A DNA stretch of 64,000 bases from a virus: the IMG/VR virus record IMGVR_UViG_3300023176_002545, one strand, 5' to 3'. The position numbers were made by a program, and so were the translations under genes. The notes under the pieces were generated by a model. The model worked only from the letters and a program-made list of their open reading frames with translations. It ran no database searches and was not told the origin of the DNA. The first letter of the stretch is position 1, and each line of letters starts with the position of its first letter. This document shows positions 46,841 through 58,800 of the stretch, in pieces.

Positions 46841-49800
46841 TTATACCTTAACTTCAACTACATCTGTACCGTCTTCAATAGCAACACCAATTAATAATGT
46901 GTATTCTGCTATAGTACTTAGTTCGTCTATAGCACGGCCTGCACCGTCCTGATCAGCAATAATATACTGACCTTTCTTAGCAGAACCGTTAATCTTACAT
47001 GGAACACGACCTTTTAGTGCAACGAACGGCCACATTGGATCATCTCTGTTATCGTCTGTTTGGTTCATCATCAAACCTGGCTGTGTTGATACAACGCCTG
47101 CTAGTTTCATGCCTTCTTTGTATAGTGTAACTTCTTTGTCGCCACCAATACCTAGTACTGTACCTGGAGCATACACTGCGTCTGCTTCGTATTTCTCTGC
47201 CAAGTCAGCCCAGTTAGCACTTGCTGCTGTACCTTGATAAACACCGCTGTTGTCAACGTATGAAACATCTGTACCGTCACGTCTAAACTGAACAATACGA
47301 TCGGAGTTAGCACCAGCTGCCATGTAGAATCTGTTAGCATGATATTCAATCTTACCAACGTCATTACCTGGGTTACCAGTCCATGTTTCGTTTGCGTTTT
47401 CCATAAAGCGGATGCCTGGTGAGTTACCATCATTGTTGTATGAACGTAGTGCCCAGTTACCATCTTCGTTTAGGAAACCTTGTGATGCATCGTCTGCATA
47501 TAGTCTACCATAGATAGTGTTTGAACTGTTGTTTAAACGTAGTTCACATGATCCAGTATTTGCAGAACGGAACGCCATTGCGTTTGTTTCATTTGGATAA
47601 ATGTGCCAGCCTGCGTAGTTGCCACCTTGCCAGTAAATACCTGAGTTGCTTTCAATGCGTACCCAGTTATCAACATATAGCTCGCCTGCAATGTTTGCAC
47701 CGTCGGAACGTGTTTGAACTTTCCAACTACCATTGTGCATCATTTCAGTTTGGCCGCCGTGTACACCGTAGAACAACCACTGGTTATTTACATCGTTGTA
47801 GATACCAGTTGCTGTACCGCCATCATGCATGAATACTGCACGACCATCAATGCTAAAGCCTTCCCAGTTACCATAACCACTACCGCTAATTTGGATTGAA
47901 CCGTAGTCGCCTGTTGGTTCTCTTAAGTAACGTGTAGTTTGGTTACCAACTGCAATAAACTGTTTAACAACTAGTCGACCATCTGTTGTAAGTGCCATAG
48001 CACCAGCTGCTACGCCGTCACCATCATGTCTCCACTTCCAACCACGGTCTGTGTCGTTGTTCATTGTAAAGGTCATTGCATAGTCATTCAACCAACCCAT
48101 TGTTTGACCACTAAACATACCAATTGAGTATGAGCTGTTGTTCCAAACACGTAGTTTGTCGTAACTATCGCTGCCTTCGCCGTCAATGTAACCAATGTTA
48201 TAACGTGTGCCACTTGCAAACAAGTCTGGGAATGTACCAGCGTTTAGATTGCTTGCATTACGGAAGAATGCACTATCATTACCATCTAGTAAGTCTGCAT
48301 CTAAGCCGCTGCCGCTACCATCGTTACCAGCATGCCATACTTTGTATGCATTAGCACCCATTGACCAACCGCCAACTGCTAGATCGTTTGTACTTCCGTC
48401 TAGACCAAAGTGTACAGCATAGTCGCCACCAATATGGAATGTTAAGAATGCATCATATTGGTTAGCACCGTTACCTTGATATAGTTGTAATGTGTTAACT
48501 TCACCAGTGTTTTGAATTGTTGTTGCAGGAGCACTAATTGTAAACACACCGCCACTAAATGCAGCACCAGTATCAACACGTAGGAAGCTACTTGCATGCA
48601 ATCCGTCTAGTAGGTCTGCGTTTAAGCCTGAACCTGCACCGTCGTTAGCGTCAGTCCAAATAGCACCGCCGTTAACATAACCAGTTGTAGCGTTAAAGCT
48701 ACCATTAACATCTAGGTTATAAGTACCGCTTGGATCTTTGTTAATACCAACTTTACCATCACCGCGTACTGAGAATACAATGTTACCATTAGTTTGACTT
48801 ACGTCATTGTTAACACGGAAGAATGTGCTTGCCGCAGCATTGTTTGAGTTAGTGTCAAGTCTTACGTTAACGTTGTTGTAAGAGTTAATGCTTAAACTAT
48901 CGCCAGCACCCCAAGTATCGTTACGTGAACTAATACCATGGTTTACATAGCCGCCAATTGCACCGTAGTTTCCATCCCAGTCAAAGCTAATGCCATGTAC
49001 TTTTGCAAGTTCGCCTGTTGTGCCACCGCTTGAAATAAAGCGTCTATTAGTGTCAATAGTTTCAACGCCGCCTACATTATAACTGTTACCGTCAATAGCA
49101 CCAGTTAGTGTAAGTTCAGCAGCAACTAAGTTACCACCAACGTACAAGTTCTTACCAAAGCTACCACCACCGTCTACACGTAAAGCACCTGTTGTAGTGC
49201 TTGTTGCTTGGTCAGCGGAGTTAACGTGCAAGTAACCACTTGATGCACCAATGTCAATAGCAGTTGCAGCACCACCAATGTTGAGTGTAGTAACTGTATC
49301 GTTTAATAGATCAAATGTTGCTTGGTTAGTACCCAAACTACTTGCTTGTGTAATAACGTTTTTGTTAAGTCTAATAGCATCGCCTGCGAAACTTGCTACA
49401 AGTTCGCTTGTTTGGATGCCGCTACCTGAACCAATACTTTCGGAACCATAAATGTTAACTATAGCACCAGTACCTGAACCAGTACCTGGGTTTGGTTTTA
49501 GATTTAGTTCAGAACCGTTAACGTTAAACTGTCCAGTAATTGGACCTTTTACACCAATTGTACCTGATTGTTTAGAACCTTGTGAACCTCTACCAAACTC
49601 TAGTTTGTGAGTATGTGCATCAGTACCACTTACTTCAACGCGATTAACTTGTGTTGTTGAAGTACTGCCTGAAGTTCCTGAATAGCCTGTGTCAATAAAC
49701 ACAGATCCTGCTACACCACTACCAGTGCTTGCACCGCCTTGTACTGTTAGATCTGCACCTTGCTTGTTAGTACCTAATGCATTTGGTGCTTTGATTACTG

Positions 49801-52800
49801 AATCAACTGGAGCAGTTTCTACTGCATCGCCACCTACAACCATTGTAGTATTTCTAACTGCTAGTGTACCAGATTTGTCAGCACCTAAAGTAATTAATGT
49901 TGCTGCTCTACCAATACTTAGTGATGTAACTGTAGTATCGTATACAGTTGCACTTGTCTTAGTAGTTTTAATATCACCACCATCAACATTAAAGTCACCG
50001 TCAATTTGTAGGTTACCTAGTGAATCAAGAACCATGCGTTCTGCTAAGAAGCCTGCTGCCATCAAGTTAAACTTGAAGCTAAAGTCTTCAGAACCAAACG
50101 TTACATCTGATGCAACAGCGTCAATAGTACCACCAACTTCTCTGTTGTTGTTTGCAGTTTCTACTTGGAACTGCATACCAACACCAATACCTACTGCTGG
50201 TGTGTTAGAAACATCGTGACGTATTTCAAGTGGTCTTGAAACACCAAAGTTGTTAGTATCTTCTACGAACGGAGCAACGTCATTTGACCATGCTGGGTTT
50301 CCTAATTCGTCAACAACCATAACAGCACCTTGGCTACCAATTGGTAGTCTGTTTAGTGTTGTTGGTGATGTTGCATAAATCATATCACCTGCAATATACT
50401 GATCAAGTGCTGTACCACCTTTGTTAACAGGCACAGGGTTTAACATGTTACCTGGATCTAAGAAGTATTGACTGTCTAGTCCGTCAAGTGTACCTGCATC
50501 AAGTACGCCTGCTTTTAGTTCAACTTCACCTGAATTTACATTAAACTGTGCTTTGCTGTATGAAGCAACACCTTCGTTTGTAAAGCTCTGATTACCTAAT
50601 GTATCATCTGCTCTGTCAATATCAAGTTGTGTATCTTTATAATAGAAGTTTTGTCCACCGCTAGTATAGAAGTTACCAGTAATGTTTAGTGGTGAGTTAA
50701 GTGCTGTTCTTGTAGTTCTTACTGCATAATCCCAGCTGCTGTCACCTTTTAAGTATGTGTTACTGTTAGCAGAACCAATAGATGCAAGTCTTGATGTACT
50801 AATAACACCCGAAACAATGTTTGAAGCATCAACGTTTGCACTACCAGTTAGTGCCCAGTTTGCAGAATTTTTACTTGAAGTATTAATTTCGCCGTAAACT
50901 GTGATATTCTGATGGATAAAGTCTGCACTACCACTACCAGTTTGAACAAAGTTAATTGCACCTTGTACAACACCGTTTACACTGTTTAGAGCATCTTCTC
51001 TAAATTCGTGTACTGTGAAAGTGTTTTGACTTACTGTACCTGCGTAGTAGTAAGATCCACTTGACATTCCTGTTGGAGGGTTAGTACCTACAAAGCGGAA
51101 TGCTCTACCAGCTGTAAATCCGTGGTTTGGTGAGTAGATCTTATCTTTACGTGTGTCAACGTTGTTGATAATAAGTGCATGTGTACCAGTTGAACTTACA
51201 GTAAAGTTAACTTTTGTACTTGCATTTAAATCATACCTGTTGTATAATTCAATAGTGTTAGCATCAATTACTTTTACAAAGTAACTTTCACCCTGCAACA
51301 TACCTCCAATTGGAGTGTTTGGTGAGCTTGCATAGTTAACAACGTCACCGTCATCAAATATATGACTTGTTATTTCAATCTGTGAATTTGCATAGTCAAC
51401 ATTACCACCGTTTGCTAGTGTATCTGCATTAAATGCATTAAGCGAGTTACCACCTAGTGCAACAGTATCAACTTGTGCATTGTTATCTTCAATGTACTCG
51501 TTAGTACTTGTTGATGCAACAAACTTGCCTGCAAGTAGATCAACATACAGTCTGTTGTCAACGCTAAGTGCTGAAATTTGGAAAGCTGAACTTGACTGTC
51601 CGCCTAAGTTTCCTGTTGCTGCACTCAATACATCTGTTGTTGTATAACCACTACCACCTCTAACCAAGTCAACGCTTGATACTTGGCCGTTAGTAACTGT
51701 GATATCTGCTCTTGCACCAGTACCTGAACCGTTAACATTTGTTAGTGGTACGTTGTTATATGTTAAAGAACCTGTTGTAGGAACATAACCTGAACCGTTA
51801 CTAATATTTGCTAAGTCAACTGCAAGTAGTACACCTTCAGCTTGTGCAGTAACAACACCTTGTGTTTTTGAGTTAGCTGCTGTAACAGTTACACCGTTTG
51901 TAAATGATGCTCCAGCAGGCTCATATCTCAAATACTGACTGTCACTGTCTTGAATCATTGTGTACTGAATATCACGTGTTTCAGATGAGCCAGTGTTTGT
52001 GATGTATGTTGTAGTGTTGTTGCCATTTTTGCTTAGTGTATTAGCACTAATATTGTTGCTAAATGTGCCAACAATGTTTGTTAGGTAAACAGTAGTTGCA
52101 CCACCGTTGTCTTCATCAACAATAGCAGTAGCACCTGTGTTTGCTTCAACAATTACATCATCTTCGTTAAACTGTGTTGGAGCACTTAGAGTAAACAGTG
52201 TACGTGGATAACGTTCTTGTGCAATGTCACCCTGTAATGGCTCTTGTGGTGGAATATCATCAGTTAGATCATATCTACCAAATTTTGTGTTTGTAGTGAA
52301 CAAACTAAAGTTACGTGTTGCAGGAATAATATCTGCGTTCAACAAACCTTGTGCGTTCATTTGTGGAACAGCACCACTAACTGAGTTAGTAGATACGCTC
52401 TTATCAATAAAGTCACCTAGTCTGTTTGCTAAGAAGCTACGCTGTGCCAACTGTGTTGTCAAACGTGTATCTGTAGCACCACCTGGTTCGTTGTCACCTA
52501 GTCCTGGATCAGTTGAAATTGCTTCAATAACAACATCTGAAACTGCAAGTTTCAGTGCTGAAAGTTCACCAACTGTAACTGTGTTTTTAAATGTAATGTT
52601 ACCAGTTCTGTTTTCTGCAACAATGAAGTCACCAACTTTAAAGTCACCTAGTTCGTTAGTACCTGAAGAGTAAACTCGTCCTGGTAAGTCACTAAACTGT
52701 TCGTATTCTTCTCTTGTAATACCACCGTTCTGTGGTAGAGCGTTATAGTCTGTACCAGAACCTGCATATTCCCAAGTGTGTGATGAACTGTTAACAATTG

Positions 52801-55800
52801 AAGGTCTATGGAAACGTATAAATGTTCCCTGTAGGTTACCTGTGTTAGTTAACACACCACCAACAATAGTTGGATCAATAGTAAACTCTGCTGTGTACAA
52901 GTCTGTTCTAGAAGTAAAGCCTGTTACAGCAATGTTACTTTGTGGAATAGCACTACTATCATTGTCAATGATAGAAGTAGCATCAAAGAAGATTCTTGTT
53001 AGAGAACCGCTGTTTTCTGCTTTTTCTACTGAAACAGTAAGTGTGCGTGTTGCTGCTTCATATGTATAAACAAACGCTTTGTTTCTGTAGATACCAGTAG
53101 TTGCTTCAATAAGGTCGCCTGGGTTAAAGTTATAAGTTCCAGGAGCAAGTGTTAGTACTTGATACTTGTTGTGTGTTAGCTTGTTACCATCAGCGTCTTG
53201 AATAATATCATCAATGAAGAATTCTTCTGTTTGTGTTTCAAGCAAGTGATCACCACTTGACACTGCAACTAGATCTGCAACAAATCCTCTTGAATCATCT
53301 TGATACAATCTAATAATGTCATTAGTTAGAACTTCAACATAGTATAGACCTTGGTCAGCAAGTCCGTTAATTTCAATATTGTTGTTTCTGCGATATGTTA
53401 CAGCATCACCTGTTACAAGTCCGTGTCCAACAATAGTAATTGTGTTAGCAGCAAGATCCAACGAACCTTCTTCATATACAGGATAGTTTGTACCTGTAAA
53501 TGTTATTTCAGTTAGTGTTGCGTTATCATTAACTAGCGGAACTGCTGCTACTGTAATTTCCAATGCACCGCTGGTATTATCATAGACTGCATTTGTAATA
53601 GCCTGTGGACTATTAGCATTGTTAATATCAACAGTACCTCCAGAAACATAAGTTCCTAAGTTTCTACCTGCACCAACTTGAACAGTAAATGTTGTTGCTG
53701 TTACTGATGCTACTGTGTATGTTGCAGTATCACCGTAAAGTGTTCCAACTTCACCGCCGTTAAATGTTATTGTACTTGGAATAGTTTTGAAACTATTAGT
53801 AATATCATTTGCTAAGTTGTTTTCTTCGTCATCGTCATAGAAGCGTAAGATAAACTGGTTAACTGGAGTACGCTTAGTACCAACAGTAATAAGTTTTTGC
53901 TGTGATGCTTGAGCACCGACTTCTGCAACAACACCGCGGTCAAACACAAAGCTGTTTGCTGAGTAACCTGATGAACGTAGTGCATACAAACCAAAGTTAG
54001 TAGCAGAGTTAGTAACAGAAAGGTAAGCACCTGACTGACACCAACAACCGTTGCCTAGGAAGATTTGGAAACACGAAACGATCTGTGCATATGCATCGTT
54101 AGTTAGACGCCAACCAGTACCACCAAATGATAACATGGTGTATGCGTTTGCAACCATTGACTTACCTTGTTCAGGTGTTTCACCAAATACTGGATTCTCA
54201 GCTTCGATAGCAAAACGTGGAATGTTTGGTGTAATGACCTTTGAACCGTCTACCAAACAGCCGCTTAGTCCTAAAAACGAAATAATAGACACGTTCTGTA
54301 CGTATGGTGACTGTGTAATAAGTGGACGTTCTCTTAGTCCTACATAGCCTGTACGATCAACACCAGTATCAAACGGATCGTCAAATGCTGTACAGAATCT
54401 ACCTGTAAAGCTAGGTACGTTAAATGCATCTAGACCGTCTTTGAATGTAATACCCAACAAGTAACAACCATTACGTACACGGAAAATATCTTGGTTAGCA
54501 TTTAGCGGACGAACAATAGTTGTACGCAAGTTATCACCAACAATAGATACATAGTCTGGAATAATAACTGGGTTATCTTCTTTGTATTCACCAGTTGATA
54601 CCATAATGGTTGTGTAACTGATGTTAAACGCACCTTCAACTTCTGTTGGAATGTTTGGTGAGCTAGGACCGTTTTCAATAATATCAATAATAGTGTTGAA
54701 TTCTGACTCAACAACACCTACTGTAGTTCCTTCAACATTCTTAGTTAGATCAGTAATCTGTCCAACTTGATTTTGATATAGTTTAGTGTTTACAACATTC
54801 TTTAGAATGTTATCTACAAGAGTTTGGAAGTATCTATTAGCAAGTATTGTTTGGAACTTAGTATCACCCGGAATAACAAGTGTAGTACCGTTATAGTATG
54901 CTTTACCTGCTTCAATAGCACGTTCGTTACCACCATAGATCAAATCATATTGGATAGCATCGATAAACAATCCAACGTCTCTGCGACAGAACGCAACATC
55001 ATATACAAAGTTAGTAAAGTATGTGTTAATGTAACTAACAACTTCAGCTTGGATGTATGCTTTGTTTAGTGCAATCAAATCAGCTGCATTAAGAATGTTT
55101 GTATCATCTGTTGGAACAATAGCACTTCTTAGTACAGTAATATTTTGTGATGCACTTACACCATCAATAATAATATCTTCAATTATGTCGCCAAGTTCAC
55201 CAATTGTAGTAACTGCTGCTGCACCACCTGGGTTCAGTGTGTCAGTAACTTGGGTTGAGTTAGTTTGCCAACTAACAACTGGATAGTTTTCAGCAACCTG
55301 TTGTGCAAGTCTAATTGCATGCATAATACCATCAACTGTTTGTACAAGCTGGCGAGCAAGTGCAAACTGGCTGCTTTGTTTAAAGTAAGCAATCGCTGCT
55401 GCAACAGAGTTTGTAGTTCCGCCCCATGTTAGGTCAAAGTTAATAGCATCTAGAATGTAACCAACATCACGTCTACATGTTGTTTGGTTGTAGTTGCTTG
55501 AGAAGTTAATCCAACTTCCGTCAACATATGCAACAGTTTCTTTTTGGATGAAAGTTTTGTTGCTTGTGATCAATGAATCAGCATTAACGTATTCTGTTGC
55601 TGTGTTTGCTGAACCGTTTGCATTTACAGTAATGTACTGTGATGTTCCGTCTGTTACAAGATCAATAATAATATCAAGTAGTGCTCCAATAGTGTTTGCA
55701 CTTGTGATGTCGCCCGGGTTTGGTCCATCAAATACTTGGCTTTCGGCTGAGTATGTTGGGCTTACTGTAACATTACGTACAACCTGTGTTGCAAGAGTTT

Positions 55801-58800
55801 TTAAGTGATTTAAACCATCAAGTGTTTCTGATAACTGTCCGCTGATAACAATAGCAGCATTTTGTTTATAATATGCAACTGCGGCTGCAATACTATTTGT
55901 ATTACCACCGTGTGTCAGGTCATATTCAACAGCATCAAGAATTAATCCAATATCTCTACGACATGATGTTTGATCGTAAGTTAAACCTGGATGTTGAGCA
56001 TTAATATATTCAATAACTTCTTCTGTAATAAAGTTAGTGTTAGACTGTAGCAATGCTTCAGAATTTAATGCACCAGTGTTTGTTGTTTTTGTAAAGCTAT
56101 TTGTTGTACCAATACCGTTTTTAAGTATAGATATAACATCGTTAGTACGATCATAAACTAATTGTGCTACTGTATTGTTGCTTGGAGTTGCACCGTTAAG
56201 TGTTTGTGTAAATGTATTTTGATACAGATTAGGAACAGTATTTTGCAATACAACATTTGCTAAAAGATCTCTAGTATATTCTAGTGCATCAACTGTAGGC
56301 TGTAATTGAGCTTTAATAACCTCAACAGCATCACCTGTAATTTCGCCTGTTCCAGTAGTAACATTGTTGTAGTAACTAATACCAGCAAAAATACTTTCAG
56401 CATTACCACCGTGTTTAACGTCATATTGAACTGCGTCAACAATTAGGCCAACGTCACGCTCACATTTAACAGGATCATAGTTAAAGTTACCAAAGTTTTC
56501 TTCAATAAATGCAACAGTTTCTGCTTTAATAAATTCTACGTTAGCTGCTAGTATAGCATTTGCATTTATTACATTTTGTACTAAACTTGGTACAGAGTTA
56601 TTTGGATCAATATTTAAACCAATAGTAGCACTGTCGCCATCGTTAATAATATCAACAATTAGTGTTTGTAATCCTGAAATAGCAGTTTGTGCCGACGCAT
56701 CACCTGGATTAGATGGATCAGTAAACTGTCCAAATGTGCTTTGATAGCTTTGTGCAGGAGCTTGGTTTACAATTACTAGTTTAGCAAGATCAATAGCATA
56801 GTTAATACCGTCAAGTGTTTGTGTTAACTGGCTGTTAAGTGCAGTACTTGCACTATATTGATAGTAGGCTAGTGCTGCTTGAATACTTTCATTATTACCG
56901 CCATGTGTTATATCATAACGTATTGCGTCAAGAATTAATCCAACATCTCTGCGGCACTTATTTTGATCATATATAAACAAGTTAGCATCAACATATGCAA
57001 TAGCGTCATCAATTAATGTAGCTTTGTTAGTATTGATTTGTAATGCTGCGTCTTGTAATTGTTGGTCTGCCCAAGATATACTTGGGTAAGTTTTAGATGG
57101 TAAATTGTTAAGGTTACCAGCAGTAATAACATCTTCAATTATTTGTAGCAAGCCGTCGAGTGTTGTTGCTTCAGTGCTAGTTGCATTACCGCTTGAGAAG
57201 TTTTGTGCAACTACTGCTTGTTCAGCAGTTACTGAAATACCTTGTACTACATTGCTTACATGACCTGCTAAGAAGTTATAAGCATCAGCAGTAATAGTAG
57301 CTTCGCCAGCACCTAGTTGACTTGCTGCACCTACAAAATATGATTCAGCAGCAAGAACAGATGCACTGTTACCACCATAAACAATATCATAAGTTAAAGC
57401 GTCTACAATATATCCTACATCACGTGAACATGCTGCTGTATCGTATGTGTGTGAAGGATAAGTGTTTGCAATATATGCAAGTACCTCTGCTTGTAGGAAG
57501 CTTCTGTTAGCTTGTAGTTGATCTCTTGCGTCACTTAAATCTTGGCTTGCACCAGTTGGGGCAGGGAATGTTAATGCATTTGCATTACCTACACCATTTT
57601 GTAAAATATCTATTACTTCGTCAAATGCAACAGTTGCTCTAGTGCTTGCTGTTGACCAACTAGACACATCGCTTAGTGCAAGAACATCTGTTTTAAGATT
57701 ACCAATTGCTCCTACAGTTAGTGTTAATTGATTGCTTTGTAAGTATGCTGTGTTTGCACGTTGATACGCTAAACCTGCTGTTACAGCATTATAGTTAGTA
57801 CCTAGTGCAATGTCTGCTGCTACTGCATCTAGTATTAAACCAGAGTCTCTACGACATTTAGTTTCATCGTAAGTTGACTGATATTGTGAATCTAAATAAC
57901 CAATAACTTCTTCTTTAATGAAGTCAGTGTTTTGTGTAATAAGTGTATCAGAATTAAGTCTAGCTGTGTCAGTAGTTATTACACCGTTTGCAGTACCAAT
58001 GCCTGTGTTTAACAAGCTATAGATAATGCTAAGATTATTATAGATTGTTGTTCCTTCTGCAGATGTGCCAGGAGTTAAACTTGTATCTTGTGCTACAGTG
58101 TTCTGATATAGATAATCAACAGTTTCACCTAGTACAACTTTTTGTGCAAGAGATCTTGCATAGTCAATACCTGCTAGTGTTTGAAACTTTTGATCAGAAC
58201 GTACTAAAGATGCTTGTGCATTTAGATATGTAATACCAGCATAATGCGATTCTGCATTACCACTGTATAACAAATCATAGTTTGCAGCATCAATAATTAA
58301 TCCTGTATCACGTGAACATTTTGCAGCATCAAATTGGAAGCCGCTGTATTTTTGATTTAAGAATGCAATAACTTCATCTTGAATAAATGTTTTGTTAGCA
58401 TCTATAAGAGTTTCTGCATTTAATATATCTGTATCTTGTGTTTGTGTTTCGTTAGGTTGAACACCACCAGTGTCACCTGTGTAGTAACTTAAAACTTTAT
58501 CACCAAGTGCTGAAACTGTTGCTGATTCAGATGCTGTTGCAGTTTTAGTACCATCAAATTGCTGCTGTACTGCTGCTTGAGTATTATCTGTAATAGCAGT
58601 GTTAGTAACTACTGCTGTTGCAAGTTCTTTGATACGACGAAGACCATATTCAGTTGCAACGTCTTGTGCTTGTTTAACTAGTGCTGAACTTTCTAGTGCA
58701 TAGAATGCACCAGCAACGCTTGAAGCTGCATCGCCGCCATAGCGTAAATCGTTTTCAATAGCGTCAACAATTAATCCAACATCACGCTCGCATTTTGCTT

